From Trueperaceae bacterium (GTDB taxonomy: Bacteria > Deinococcota > Deinococci > Deinococcales > Trueperaceae), in contig OZ243956.1 in NCBI GenBank assembly GCA_965214405.1, positions 96,001 through 160,000 of the forward strand: a stretch of 64,000 nucleotides of DNA. Direction: 5' to 3'. This document shows positions 20,584-30,967 of the stretch, one piece after another. Under the pieces are notes generated by a model that was not told the DNA's origin, ran no database searches, and was given only the letters and a program-made list of their open reading frames with translations. Position 1 is the stretch's first letter. The number at the start of each line of letters is the position of its first letter. The translations under genes were made by a program, and so were the position numbers.

Positions 20584-21561
20584 TCATCGCATCTTCAAGA
20601 TGATTTTCCCAATATTCTTGTTTTCCTGCATGTGCGCGTGCGCCGCCTCGACTTCATGAACGGGAAACGTCTTGTCAATCACGGGCTCTATTCGGCGGGC
20701 CTCGAGCGCCTCCCAAAACCTCCCCATAAACGCCTCTTTGAGGCGCACTTTCTCCTCTAGCGGGCGCGCGCGCAGCGTCGAGCCCTTGAGCGTGAGGCGC
20801 TTGCCCATCATCTGGCGGATGTCGATGCCCGCCTCTTTGCCGCTCAGGGTGGCGATAAAAACGAGCCGCCCGTTGAGCTTTAAGAGGTTTAGGTTACGCG
20901 CTAAATAGTCCGCGCCGACCATGTCGAGAATCACGTCCACGCCGCCCCCGTCGGTAAAGTCTTTGATGCGTTCGGCAAAATCTTCTTTGCGGTAGTTGAC
21001 AGCCAAGTCGGCACCGAGGTCTAAACAGCGCGCGGTCTTCTCGTCCGTTCCGGCGGTCACGAACACGCGGCAGCCCGCCTCGTGCGCGAGTTGAACCGCC
21101 GCCGTGCCGACGCCGCTCGCGCCGCCGTGGATGAGGACGCTTTCGCCCTCCCCCAAGTCGCCCTCGAGAAAAAGGTTCAAAAATGCTGTGAAGAAAACTT
21201 CGGGCATCCCGGCGGCCTCTTCCAGGCTCCAGCCCGCCGGAATCGGCATGAGCATCGCGGCGGGTACCACCACCTTTTCGGCGTAGCCGCCGCCGGTGAG
21301 GAGGGCGCAGGCACTGTCGCCCACCCCCCACCCGCTCACGTTCGCGCCGAGTTCTTTGATGGTACCCGCGGCCTCGAGCCCCAAAATGTCAGACGCCCCC
21401 GGCGGCGGCGGGTAGTGGCCCGCGCGCTGCGCCAAGTCGGCGCGGTTGAGAGCGGTTGCGGCGACTTCGAGCAAAACCTCGCCCTCACCCGGCAACGGGG
21501 TGGGTACATCCTGCCAATTCAGCGGATGACCTTCGCCCGTTCCGACAACAACCGCTTTCAC
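20584..21561 (-). CDS. NAD(P)H-quinone oxidoreductase (PIG3/zeta-crystallin family)
   Basis: LNRADL.QR.G.YPPPPGAS.ILGLE, LIHGGASGVG, NIGKIIL. Confidence 0.92.
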   Translation of the reverse strand: MKAVVVGTGEGHPLNWQDVPTPLPGEGEVLLEVAATALNRADLAQRAGHYPPPPGASDILGLEAAGTIKELGANVSGWGVGDSACALLTGGGYAEKVVVPAAMLMPIPAGWSLEEAAGMPEVFFTAFLNLFLEGDLGEGESVLIHGGASGVGTAAVQLAHEAGCRVFVTAGTDEKTARCLDLGADLAVNYRKEDFAERIKDFTDGGGVDVILDMVGADYLARNLNLLKLNGRLVFIATLSGKEAGIDIRQMMGKRLTLKGSTLRARPLEEKVRLKEAFMGRFWEALEARRIEPVIDKTFPVHEVEAAHAHMQENKNIGKIILKMR

Positions 21562-21761
21562 GCTTTAGACGCCCGTAGACGCTCGATACGTTCTTTGAGC
21601 GCGTCCCACTCGAGCACGACCTCGCCCGCATCGTCCTCAATAAACATCGGCTGCTCGACCACGCCCGCCTGCGCCTCGGCAGCCTGGACCGCTTCATCCA
21701 AACTCGCGTAGGATTCGTTAACCAGGTGATAGCTGCGCTGGATTTTGAGCTTATAAGCCAC
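21558..21761 (-). CDS. Small hypothetical protein
   Basis: GTGA overlap with the oxidoreductase; -10-like TAGCGT 5 nt before GTG. Confidence 0.65.
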   Translation of the reverse strand: MAYKLKIQRSYHLVNESYASLDEAVQAAEAQAGVVEQPMFIEDDAGEVVLEWDALKERIERLRASKA

Positions 21762-21794
21762 GCCTCACGCTACCCTTCTCCTGCTAAGCCCGAC

Positions 21795-22145
21795 TTAATT
21801 TTGAACCCACTGCCGCGCCTCGGCCATCTCGGGGGTGTCGAAAAACTTCACCTCGGCGCGCGTGAGGCTGCCGCTGAGCTTAGTGGCCCACTTTTGCCAC
21901 GCTTCGTCCCCGACGACGGCCACGCGTTCAAAGTCGTTTAAGTGTTCCGTGTCAAAGCGCAAGTCGCGCCAGACCGCGCCGGGATCGACGCCCTCCATGC
22001 GTTCGGTCACGAGGAGCAGCCTCAAGGGGCCGAAGGTGTTTATTTGTTCCTCGAGTTCCGGCACCATCTCCTGATAATCCTCGCGCTTCACCTCGCCGCC
22101 CAATGTGATGGTGACGAGTTTGCCCTCTGTGTTGATGCGGTGCAT
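21795..22145 (-). CDS. SpoIIAA-like (STAS/SEC14) domain protein
   Basis: GEVKREDY...AVWRDLRF...FERVAVVGD..W...EVKFF...EARQW. Confidence 0.85.
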   Translation of the reverse strand: MHRINTEGKLVTITLGGEVKREDYQEMVPELEEQINTFGPLRLLLVTERMEGVDPGAVWRDLRFDTEHLNDFERVAVVGDEAWQKWATKLSGSLTRAEVKFFDTPEMAEARQWVQN

Positions 22146-22238
22146 AAAAGCCTCCCTGGCTAAGAAGATAATCTTCCCTTGCGCTTCAGTTTGTGGGCTA
22201 GTCCAAAAGAAACCTTGTGGGACTCCAACTCGAAAAAC

Positions 22239-23888
22239 TCACAGCCCCGCCGCTCTGAAAGCCTCCGACACGAGCGCCTGCGCCTCCTCCTGGATTTGCG
22301 CCAGGTGCGCGTCTCCCTTGAAACTCTCCGCATAGATTTTATAAATATCCTCGGTGCCCGAGGGCCGCGCCGCGAACCAGCCGTTTTCGGTCACCACCTT
22401 GAGGCCGCCGATGGGCGCGTCGTTGCCGGGGGCGCGGGTGAGCGTTTGTAAGATAGGCTCGCCCGCGAGTTCGGTGGCCGTGACCGCGTCGGGCGTGAGG
22501 GTTTTGAGCGCGGCTTTTTGCGCGGCGTCGGCGGCCGCGTCGAGGCGCGCGTAGACGGGGGAGCCGAAGCGCTGCTCGAGCCCCGCATACTCCTCGCTGG
22601 GGTCGCGTCCTGTCTTGGCCGTCATCTCCGCCGCCAACAAATCCATGATGATGCCGTCTTTGTCGGTCGTCCACACCGTCCCGTCGCGCCGCAAAAAAGA
22701 CGCCCCCGCGCTCTCCTCGCCGCCGAAGCCGTAAGAGCCGTCCAAGAGCCCGTCCACAAACCACTTGAAGCCCACGGGCACCTCCGCCAGGGGCCGCCCC
22801 AAGTCTTTGGCAACGCGGTCAATCATCGAGCTCGAGACGAGCGTCTTCCCCACCGCCGCGTCCTCGAGCCAACCCAGACGGTTCTGGAAAAGGTAATGAA
22901 TTGCCACCGCGAGGTAGTGGTTGGGGTTCATAAGCCCCGCGCCCTTGGTGACGACGCCGTGCCGGTCGTAGTCGGGGTCGTTGCCGAAAGCGATATCAAA
23001 ACGGTCCTTGAGACCTATCAAACTCGCCATCGCCGCGGGCGAAGAGCAGTCCATGCGGATTTTGCCGTCTTTGTCGACGGTCATAAACGAAAAAGTCGGG
23101 TCGACGTTGGGGTTGACGACCTCTAAGTTGAGCCCGTAGCGCTCCGCGATGGGCTCCCAATACGCGACGCCCGCGCCGCCCATCGGGTCCACGCCGATTT
23201 TTAATCCCGCCCCCGCGACGGCGTCCATGTCCACGACGTTTTGCAAATCTTCCACATAAGGCGTCACAAAATCGTACAGGTGCGTCGTGTCGGCCTGAAG
23301 CGCGCGCTCGAAGGGGAGGCGTTTTACCCCCTTCAGACCCTCTTTCAGGATCTCGTTCGCGCGGTTCTGAATCCAGGTCGTCGTGGCCGTGTCCGCGGGG
23401 CCGCCGTTGGGCGGGTTGTACTTGAAACCGCCGTCTTCGGGCGGGTTATGCGATGGGGTGATGACCACGCCGTCGGCGAGGCCGTCCGTGCGCCCCCGGT
23501 TGTAGGTCAAAATCGCGTGCGACACCACGGGCGTCGGCGTGTAACCCAGACCCTCTTGCAGCATCACGGTGAGGCCGTTCGCGGCGAACACTTCGGCGGC
23601 GGTGGCGCGCGCCGCTTCGGAGAGCGCGTGCGTGTCCATACCGACAAAAAGCGGCCCCGTAATTCCTTCAGAGGTGCGGTATTCGCAGAGCGCGGCGCAC
23701 ACGGCTAAGATGTGGTCCTCATTAAAGGAGCGCTCTAAAGACGAGCCGCGGTGCCCGGAGGTGCCAAAGGACACGCGCTCTCCCTCGTTGTCGGGGTCGG
23801 GCTTAAAGGTGTAGTAGGCCGAGACGAGCCTCGGAACGTTGATGAGCAAATTTTGCGGTGCGGGTTTTCCCGCCAAGGGTGAAGTCAT
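22239..23888 (-). CDS. pgm: Phosphoglucomutase
   Basis: [35 protein letters not shown]. Confidence 0.97.
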   Translation of the reverse strand: MTSPLAGKPAPQNLLINVPRLVSAYYTFKPDPDNEGERVSFGTSGHRGSSLERSFNEDHILAVCAALCEYRTSEGITGPLFVGMDTHALSEAARATAAEVFAANGLTVMLQEGLGYTPTPVVSHAILTYNRGRTDGLADGVVITPSHNPPEDGGFKYNPPNGGPADTATTTWIQNRANEILKEGLKGVKRLPFERALQADTTHLYDFVTPYVEDLQNVVDMDAVAGAGLKIGVDPMGGAGVAYWEPIAERYGLNLEVVNPNVDPTFSFMTVDKDGKIRMDCSSPAAMASLIGLKDRFDIAFGNDPDYDRHGVVTKGAGLMNPNHYLAVAIHYLFQNRLGWLEDAAVGKTLVSSSMIDRVAKDLGRPLAEVPVGFKWFVDGLLDGSYGFGGEESAGASFLRRDGTVWTTDKDGIIMDLLAAEMTAKTGRDPSEEYAGLEQRFGSPVYARLDAAADAAQKAALKTLTPDAVTATELAGEPILQTLTRAPGNDAPIGGLKVVTENGWFAARPSGTEDIYKIYAESFKGDAHLAQIQEEAQALVSEAFRAAGL

Positions 23889-23912
23889 GGGTGCCTCCCG
23901 TGTAGCGTGGCG

Positions 23913-25724
23913 TTACGATACCACCCGCTCAGGGAAGGAGGACCCGAGCGCCGCGCAAAGCTCGCTCAGGGTGGAGGCGGAGAGGACGGTTTCTCTTGTG
24001 GAGGCGGGGAGGCTCGAGAAGGCCTCAACAAGCACCGCCCGCTCCTCTTGTGAGAGGGGTTCGTCTAAATGAAGCTCGAGCCCATAAAACCGCGCACTCG
24101 CCTCCTGAATAGCGCCCGCCAACACGAGCCGTTGCGCGGGAATAAAAAGAGGATGTTCAGGCGGCACGTCCACCGCCCAGGCCAGAGGCGCGCCGCCCTG
24201 TAAAAGCGCGTGCTGAAGCTCACCCGTCAAAGCCTTGCTCGCCCACACCTCGAGCGGCAGGCAGTCTTTTTGCAAACAGTACGCCGCGAGCGCCCCCGCC
24301 GCCTCACCTATCGCCCACTCGACCGGGTGAAGGCGCGTGGCCCCGTTACTTAAGTGCGTCGTGCCGATGTTTTTACACGCCGCTATCAGATTTGTGGTGC
24401 GCTCGGGGATGAGTGCGCCCAAAGGAATCTGAAAGGGCAGCGTCGGCGCGTACATGGTGACCGATGCGTTGCCGACGCTCGGGTGGAGGTCGAGCGGATA
24501 CCAGCCGATGGCAACCGCGTTCGGGAAGCATTTAGCCCTTGCGCCGCGTTCATTTTCATCTAAAGAACCGGCGAGGAGGTCGAGGTCGAGCACCCGCTCC
24601 AATCCTTTAATGCGCCGCGACTCGCGGATGTAAGGCGCTTTGGCGAGGCCGCCCTCAGTGCCCATCACGTCGGGGCGGAGCATGAGCTCGGGATAGCCGT
24701 AGCCGCCTTCATCGCGCGGGGCCTCGGTCTGGAGCCAGTAGAGTAGGCCCAGCGAGAGCCTTTTGGCTTCGTCCGAGATACGCGCCCGCTCTGAAAGGGA
24801 CTTGTCAAGAAAATTTGCAAAGCGGTAGTCATTGCCCGCCCAGTTGATGAGCGCGATGTCGTTGGGCTGAGCAGGGTCTTTTAATAGTCCCGCGTCGAAG
24901 ATGCGGCGGTAGGTCCAGAAGGGCAACTCACCGTCGGGACCGTGCGCGAACATCCGAAACCGTTTTTCGATAGGCGTGCCTTCGTGTAGGTGCAGCGCGT
25001 AAGGCTGGGTATCCCGAAACGCTTCGTATCCCTCCGGCTTGGGAATGGTGTGGTCCTCGCCGGGACGGTATTCGACGGCAAAAGGAAACGTGAAACTTTG
25101 CACCTCGTCGGGCTTGGGACCGCCCTTTGACGCGTGCGGCTCACCCGTATCCTCCTGCGCCTCCGCCCCGGTCACGTAAGGAGTGCCGGTGAGGGGCAAA
25201 AGCTCGCCGGTATTGGTGGCGTCGAGGAAAAAGGGCGCGGTCAGCCTCACCCTCTCCCCTGCCGGGTTCTCCAAAATCACCGCCGTCACCTCGTCACCCG
25301 CCATCTCTGCGGCGACGGGGGTGTGCTCGAGCAGCACCCGCAACGCCCCGGACTGTACGGAGGGCTCGAGCATCTCTTCTAACACCCTCACCCCCACCCG
25401 CGGCTCGAAACAGAGGCGGCTCACCCAGCCGTTGCCGGGGTTGAGGGGCGCGCCAGTGGGCATCGTTGCGGGTGCGCCGTAGCGCTCGCGGTAGTAGGCG
25501 CGAATCCGCTCGCGCATTTCGTTATAGCGGCGCGTGCCGCCAAAGGTCTCGATGTAGGCGTGCTCGTCCAAAGCAGAAACGCCCTGACTCGTCCCCTGCC
25601 CGCCGAGCCAGTCCGTCGCCTCGGTTAAAACCACCCGCCGCCCCGCCGAGAGCGCCGCCAAGGCTGCCGCCACCCCGCCCAACGACCCGCCGACGACGGC
25701 GACGTCGCACTCGAGCGTCCTCAC
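23913..25724 (-). CDS. FAD-dependent oxidoreductase of unknown substrate
   Basis: VVGGSLGGVAAA, WLGGQGTSQGVSALDE, PYIRESRRI, GTTHLSNGATRLHPVEW. Confidence 0.85.
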   Translation of the reverse strand: MRTLECDVAVVGGSLGGVAAALAALSAGRRVVLTEATDWLGGQGTSQGVSALDEHAYIETFGGTRRYNEMRERIRAYYRERYGAPATMPTGAPLNPGNGWVSRLCFEPRVGVRVLEEMLEPSVQSGALRVLLEHTPVAAEMAGDEVTAVILENPAGERVRLTAPFFLDATNTGELLPLTGTPYVTGAEAQEDTGEPHASKGGPKPDEVQSFTFPFAVEYRPGEDHTIPKPEGYEAFRDTQPYALHLHEGTPIEKRFRMFAHGPDGELPFWTYRRIFDAGLLKDPAQPNDIALINWAGNDYRFANFLDKSLSERARISDEAKRLSLGLLYWLQTEAPRDEGGYGYPELMLRPDVMGTEGGLAKAPYIRESRRIKGLERVLDLDLLAGSLDENERGARAKCFPNAVAIGWYPLDLHPSVGNASVTMYAPTLPFQIPLGALIPERTTNLIAACKNIGTTHLSNGATRLHPVEWAIGEAAGALAAYCLQKDCLPLEVWASKALTGELQHALLQGGAPLAWAVDVPPEHPLFIPAQRLVLAGAIQEASARFYGLELHLDEPLSQEERAVLVEAFSSLPASTRETVLSASTLSELCAALGSSFPERVVS

Positions 25725-25773
25725 CCTCGCCTCAAGCGCCGACTGCGGTCTAAGTACCGGGGTGTAAAGAGCA

Positions 25774-27279
25774 TTAACCTTCTCCTTCGTGAACGTGAAA
25801 GGGAAACACGCCGGTAAAGAGGCGCGGCCAGGCTAGATAGGGCGCGTCCCAGGTGAGGTTAAGACCTGTGTCCGCAAAGTGCTTGTCCCAAAGCTCGAGC
25901 GCCAAGGGTTTAATAAAAAGCCCCATCAGCCGCTCCGCCTTCTCCCGCTGCGGCCCTAAATCAAAGGGGCTGGGATTCGAAAGTTGCTTCCTCACGCTCT
26001 CGCGGACCCTGGCCTGATAAAGGTAGTCGTCAACGAAACGGTTGAAGAGCACCTCAACCCAGGCGGCGCGGTCCACCACGCGGCGCGACACGACGCCCAG
26101 CGCAATCGCGCCTCCCAAGGTATTGCCCGCCGTGTTCCAGGCGCTAAAGCCCGCGAGATTAGAGAGATTTGTCCGGCTATCCAAAAGTTTCACCAGCCTC
26201 TCCTCCGCGCCGTTGGCGTAGGCGATATCAGCGACGCTCACGGCTTTATCTTCATCTAAGCAGCGCGCGATGAAGTCCACGAACTCAGGCAGATGACGCG
26301 CGGCGGTGTCCACCGTGGCGTGGTCGGGCTGGCGGCCCGCCTGTTTTGACGCGGGTGTGTTGACGGCCAGCACAACATCGGCCTCTGAGAGCGCGTCCAC
26401 CCGCGTACAGCCTGCCGCGCGTAGATGCGCTTTTACAAGTTCTCCCGCGGGCCGGTCTTCATACAAGAGTTCGGCGGTTTCGCCCGAGAGGCTCGAGCAC
26501 CGCACATACACCCCTGTCGGTTCCTCTTGAAGAGCCCTCGCCAGCAGCGTCACGGGCACCTCGTCGGCACCGGGGTAGATGTCTACGTGAGGCCAAATAC
26601 CCAGCACGTCGGTGCGCGCCTCCAGGGCGCGGCGGTCGTGAGCGGCCAAGCCGTAGAGGCTGGTGTCGTCTAAAGTCAAACAGAGGTGGTCGATGACGCC
26701 CTCATGAACGAGTTCCAAGGCTTGTAAATGCATCTGGTGGTTGCGCTTGCGGGTCTTCAGCCAGTCCTCGAGCACCCCCTCCGGAGGCCCCGCCACCGCG
26801 CGCGCCAAGCGCCGCTCGTCGTCCGCCGTCCCGTAAAGCGTATAGCGGTCGAAAGCCTCGCTGTAAAACCGCAAGGCCGCGCCGTGCTCGCCGTAGTAGG
26901 GTTTTTCCTCCAGCGGGTCGTCGTCGTGCGCCACCCGCACAATCACGCCCCCGGCGAGGATGGTGAGCTTGGGGTTACGCTGTCTCAGCTCCCTTAGAAG
27001 CTCGAGCCGCTCCATCACACTCTCCAAAGCGTCGTCCACGCGCCGCGCCGGAATCATCCCGCCCAAGCAGAGGGTTTCTAAAGAGAGGATGAGGGTGTCG
27101 GCGGAACCCGCATTCTCTCTTAACCAGTCGGCTAGAACTTCGTGTTTGCCGGGTTGATTGAGTACCGGGAGCGCGTCTTCGGGCGGGGTCAGGGGCGTTA
27201 GACCTGCGGCCTTAGCCAGCGTGACCGGAAAGTCAAGCGTCGGCGGGCGGACGTCGGGGGGGACGAGGAGGAGCGTCAC
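25774..27279 (-). CDS. DUF4127 family protein
   Basis: LLVPPDVRP, LTLDD, IYPGADEV, ADIAYANG, SAWNTAGNTLG, WPRLF. Confidence 0.8.
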   Translation of the reverse strand: MTLLLVPPDVRPPTLDFPVTLAKAAGLTPLTPPEDALPVLNQPGKHEVLADWLRENAGSADTLILSLETLCLGGMIPARRVDDALESVMERLELLRELRQRNPKLTILAGGVIVRVAHDDDPLEEKPYYGEHGAALRFYSEAFDRYTLYGTADDERRLARAVAGPPEGVLEDWLKTRKRNHQMHLQALELVHEGVIDHLCLTLDDTSLYGLAAHDRRALEARTDVLGIWPHVDIYPGADEVPVTLLARALQEEPTGVYVRCSSLSGETAELLYEDRPAGELVKAHLRAAGCTRVDALSEADVVLAVNTPASKQAGRQPDHATVDTAARHLPEFVDFIARCLDEDKAVSVADIAYANGAEERLVKLLDSRTNLSNLAGFSAWNTAGNTLGGAIALGVVSRRVVDRAAWVEVLFNRFVDDYLYQARVRESVRKQLSNPSPFDLGPQREKAERLMGLFIKPLALELWDKHFADTGLNLTWDAPYLAWPRLFTGVFPFHVHEGEG

Positions 27280-27284
27280 CTTTT

Positions 27285-28541
27285 TTACGGCTTTAACGTT
27301 TCAGGCTCATAAGCCCGCGCGACGATGCCGATGGGCAAACACGAAAAACCGGGCGGCGTGAAGTCGAAGCGAAACGTACCCGTCTCCCCCGCCTCAAGCG
27401 CAAGCTGACCGATAACGGTGCCGTGGTCGGTCACGTCGAGCGCGCCCAGCATGTCCTCGGGGAGTTTGAACACGGAACCGTCCTCGAGCCGCACCGCCCC
27501 CGAAATCACGCAGCCGATGTTGACCGCGTAAAAGCGCACGATTCTGTCTCCGCCGGTTTTGTTCACGACTTCTGTATCAACGTGGTACAGCATTCCGTAG
27601 TTGCCGCGGTTCTGCGCCTCCGCCTCGAGCACTTCATCCACACCAAAAACCCAGTCGGAGCCGGGGGACACGGTGAAGCCGGGTTCATCATCGCCCGCTA
27701 TTTCCAGCGTCACGTCCACCTGCCGCTCGGCACCGGGAAAGGTGCCGCGCCCTGCGCCGGTCCTATCGGCGGGGAGGTCCTCGAGCCCCATCACGTCCTC
27801 CGTACCCTCATTTAGCGACACCACACGCACCTCGACGGGGCCGCTCGTCTCAAAGTCGGCCTGTAAACTCACGCCGCCCTTGTAGTCCACCGGGGTGGTG
27901 GGTAGGGTGGGCTCGAGCCAGCGCCATTCACCCGGCGGAATCTCGAGGGTGCGCGGCTCTAAGGGCGAAAGAAACTCGTAGGCCACCTCCTGCCCGCCGT
28001 AGCGGTAGCCGTACTGGTCTTTGACCGCCATCCCGAGCGCCGTCAGCGTGACGGTTACGGGCGCGTCGCCGGGGTTGTGCAGCAGAGCGGCGAAACGGCG
28101 CGGCTCTAAGTCCGCGTTCACGTGATAAAAGTAGACGCCGCCGGATTTCTCCACCGTTCCCCTGTAGAGCACGCCCTCCCCCGACACATTTTCGGGCCGG
28201 TTGCTCATCACCTGGGTGCGGCCCAGCGGCGTGACGGTCGTGGGCACCGCCGCGGCCTCGAAATCCTTTTTGGTGTAGCGTTGCCCCATCGGGATGCTGG
28301 TGCCGAGTTCTAGGGGTGGGGTGTTGAAAACGGGGTCTTCCAAGGTGACCTCTTGAGCCGTTGCGAACGCGAACGAGGCGAACAGCAGCGTGATGAAGAG
28401 TTGATACCTTATCAGCGTGCGTAGATCCCCCCCAGCCCCCCTTGTTAAGGGTCCGAGCGAAGCGAGAACGGTAGCGGGTGCCGATAGGCGAGTGGATTGT
28501 TCGACTCTCTTTATGTTTAACAAATATTCACCTCTAACCAT
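27285..28541 (-). CDS. Hypothetical secreted protein; start uncertain
   Basis: Signal-like LFITLLFASFAFATAQ; SNRPE...GVLY...YHVN...GNYGMLY; ATG overlaps the RpiR stop (TGATG). Confidence 0.7.
   Translation of the reverse strand: MVRGEYLLNIKRVEQSTRLSAPATVLASLGPLTRGAGGDLRTLIRYQLFITLLFASFAFATAQEVTLEDPVFNTPPLELGTSIPMGQRYTKKDFEAAAVPTTVTPLGRTQVMSNRPENVSGEGVLYRGTVEKSGGVYFYHVNADLEPRRFAALLHNPGDAPVTVTLTALGMAVKDQYGYRYGGQEVAYEFLSPLEPRTLEIPPGEWRWLEPTLPTTPVDYKGGVSLQADFETSGPVEVRVVSLNEGTEDVMGLEDLPADRTGAGRGTFPGAERQVDVTLEIAGDDEPGFTVSPGSDWVFGVDEVLEAEAQNRGNYGMLYHVDTEVVNKTGGDRIVRFYAVNIGCVISGAVRLEDGSVFKLPEDMLGALDVTDHGTVIGQLALEAGETGTFRFDFTPPGFSCLPIGIVARAYEPETLKP
28424..28497. repeat. REP/MITE-like element within the 5' end of the secreted-protein ORF
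   Basis: gatcccccccagccccccttgttaaggg...gggtgccgataggcgagtggat, with roughly inverted ends. Confidence 0.5.
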
Positions 28542-29407
28542 CAATAATTCCTATCCGTCACCGCCCGCGCGGTGACCGCGACCTGCGCCTCGGCGTCCGG
28601 GCGGCGGGTAAGAAGCGCGGCGAAAAGGGCGTCTAAAAGAAGGAGCTGGCCCATTTTGCTCGAGATGGACCCCCCCGTCAGCGGCGACTCGGGGTGCGCG
28701 GTGTAGAGCGCGTGCTTAGCGGCGTTTGCTGCGGGGCTTTTCGGCCGCTGCGTCACCACCACCGTGGTGGTGCCCGCCGCGTTGGCGAGGTCCAGGACAC
28801 GTACTGTGTCCAAGGTCGAACCCGAGCGGGTGATGCCGATGACGACTGCGTCTTTGGGCAGCGTCGCGGCGGTCATCGCCGCCAAGTGCGCGTCGGCGGG
28901 GGCCAACACGCGGTAGCCCAAGCGCAAAAACTTGTATGCAAAATCTTGCGCCGTCACGCCCGACGCGCCCGCGCCGAAAACGAGGAGTTGGTCGGTTTTT
29001 AAGAGGGCGGAGAGGATGGGCTCGAGCCCCGCCCCCCGCAGCATCGCCCGCGTCTCGCCGAGCGCCCCTTGAGCTTCGCGGGTCACGCGGTCGAGGACGC
29101 TTTCTAAGTCGGCATCGTCAGCGCTTCCGTTGCCGTTCTCTCCCTGGGGCCGCACCGCTAAGTCGGCGGCGAGCGCGAGTTTGAAGTCCTGAAAGCCCTT
29201 AAAGCCCAAGTCGCGGCAGAGCCTTATCACGCTCGCCTCGCCCACGCCCGCTCCCTCGGCGAGTTCGGTCACGGATTGATAGACGACTTCCTTGGGAGCC
29301 CCTAACACGGCTTCCCCGAGTCTTTTTAGGGCCGGGCTCAGATAAGGGAGACCCGCGCGCAGCCTCGAGAGCGCCCCCGCCCCCACCGCCCCCTCAGCAA
29401 CCGTCAT
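28541..29407 (-). CDS. RpiR/MurR family transcriptional regulator
   Basis: ELAEGAGVGEASVIRLCRDLGFKGFQDFKLALA HTH plus SIS domain (FGAGAS, ITRSG). Confidence 0.93.
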   Translation of the reverse strand: MTVAEGAVGAGALSRLRAGLPYLSPALKRLGEAVLGAPKEVVYQSVTELAEGAGVGEASVIRLCRDLGFKGFQDFKLALAADLAVRPQGENGNGSADDADLESVLDRVTREAQGALGETRAMLRGAGLEPILSALLKTDQLLVFGAGASGVTAQDFAYKFLRLGYRVLAPADAHLAAMTAATLPKDAVVIGITRSGSTLDTVRVLDLANAAGTTTVVVTQRPKSPAANAAKHALYTAHPESPLTGGSISSKMGQLLLLDALFAALLTRRPDAEAQVAVTARAVTDRNY

Positions 29408-30087
29408 CCGTCAGCCTCAACTGGAACGGATAAAGCTTCCCTAAACCAACCCGTCACCACCTCCGGGCGGGTGATGGCGCTGCCCACGACCACCGCGTAA
29501 GCACCCCGCTCTAAAGCCTCTCTGGCCTCGGCGGGCGTGCGGATGCGGCCTTCGGCGAGGGGGCGGACGCCTCGAGCCGCGAGTTTTGAGATGAGCGCTA
29601 AGTCGGGACCGTCAAGTTTAGGTGTGTAAGCTGTGTAGCCGGACAACGTCGTGCTCACCATATCCGCGCCAGCCCCCAACGCCGCTTCCGCCTCCTCCAC
29701 CGTCGAGATATCCGCCAGCGCAACCCTTGAAAAGCGGTGAATCTCCTCCACAAGCGCCCCCACCGGCACGGGCCGCTCGCGCAGGGTCGCGTCAAAGGCG
29801 ATAACGTCCGCGCCCGCGTGGTGAACCGCCGCAACGTCGTCAAGCCCCGGCGTGATATACACCTCGCCCTCGCCCCGCCGCTTGACGAGGCCGATAATCG
29901 GCACCCGCTGCTCGGCCCGCACCGCGGCGATGTTGGGGGTGCCCTCGAGCCTCAACCCCGCCGCCCCGCCCCGCACCGCCGCCTCGGCAAACGCGCGGAT
30001 AAACGCGGGCGCGTCAAACGGGCTCCCCGCGTCCGCCTGACAGGACACGACGAGCGCGCCCTCGTCAATCCCCCCACGCGTCGTCAC
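29404..30087 (-). CDS. nanE: N-acetylmannosamine-6-phosphate 2-epimerase
   Basis: LVVSCQA, PIIGLVKR, YITP, ADIST, STTLSGYT, AEGRI, VVVGSAITRP; GTG start overlaps the permease stop. Confidence 0.93.
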   Translation of the reverse strand: MTTRGGIDEGALVVSCQADAGSPFDAPAFIRAFAEAAVRGGAAGLRLEGTPNIAAVRAEQRVPIIGLVKRRGEGEVYITPGLDDVAAVHHAGADVIAFDATLRERPVPVGALVEEIHRFSRVALADISTVEEAEAALGAGADMVSTTLSGYTAYTPKLDGPDLALISKLAARGVRPLAEGRIRTPAEAREALERGAYAVVVGSAITRPEVVTGWFREALSVPVEADG

Positions 30088-30950
30088 CCTTTCACCGAAC
30101 CCGCTAAACCCTCGATAAAGTAGCGCTGCAAAATCAGGAAAATGAGAATCACCGGGATGATGGAAATCACCGTCGCCGCGGCGATGTTGCCATAATTCAA
30201 GGACAGCTCGCCCGTGGTGAGGCGGGCGATCGCCACGGACAAGGGGAACTTGTCGGGGTCGCTTAAGACGATTAAGGGCCACTGATAAATGTTCCAGAGC
30301 GCCACAAATTCAAGAATCGTCACGGTGACGAGCGCGGGCTTGACCAGAGGCAGCATGATGCGCCACCACAAGACGAACTCGTTGGCCCCGTCGATGCGCC
30401 CGGCGTCCTCCAACTCGCGCGGGATGGACAAGAACGCCTGCCGCAGCAAGAAAACGTTAAATACTGTGATCGCGTTGGGCAGGACCACGCCCGCGATGGT
30501 ATCCACCAAGCTCAACCGGACGAGCGTCAAAAAATTCACCACGATGTTGAGCGTGCTCGGCAACACGAGCGTCGAGACGATAAGGAAGAAAATCACGTCG
30601 CGCCCCGGAAAGCGGATGCGCGCCAGCGCGTAGCCCGCCGTCGACGACATCGCCAAATTCGCCAGCACCCCCCAAAAGGTGATGACCGAGGTGTTCCATA
30701 AAAAGCGCGGCATGTTCTGCGCGCGCCAAACTTCTATGTAGGAGCCAAAACTCACAGGTCTGGGGAGCAGTTCGGGGGGAAAGGTGAGCAGGTTTTGTCC
30801 GCTTTTTAGAGAGGTTGACAGCAACCACAAAAAGGGTCCTGTAGCGATGAGCGCGAACAAAATCAGCAGCGCGTAGAGCACGAGCATAAGCCCGAAGCGT
30901 TTGGGCTTAAAGCGCAGGCGGTTCTTAGGACGTGCGGCGGTCACAGCCAT
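30084..30950 (-). CDS. Carbohydrate ABC transporter permease (MalG-like)
   Basis: EAA loop ELEDAGRIDGA, multiple TM helices. Confidence 0.93.
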   Translation of the reverse strand: MAVTAARPKNRLRFKPKRFGLMLVLYALLILFALIATGPFLWLLSTSLKSGQNLLTFPPELLPRPVSFGSYIEVWRAQNMPRFLWNTSVITFWGVLANLAMSSTAGYALARIRFPGRDVIFFLIVSTLVLPSTLNIVVNFLTLVRLSLVDTIAGVVLPNAITVFNVFLLRQAFLSIPRELEDAGRIDGANEFVLWWRIMLPLVKPALVTVTILEFVALWNIYQWPLIVLSDPDKFPLSVAIARLTTGELSLNYGNIAAATVISIIPVILIFLILQRYFIEGLAGSVKG

Positions 30951-30967
30951 AAATCACGCTCTCCTAT

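Noticed and set aside
30088..30282. N-terminal extension of NanE
   Set aside because: Lies inside the permease; GTG 30087 overlapping the permease stop is the more plausible start
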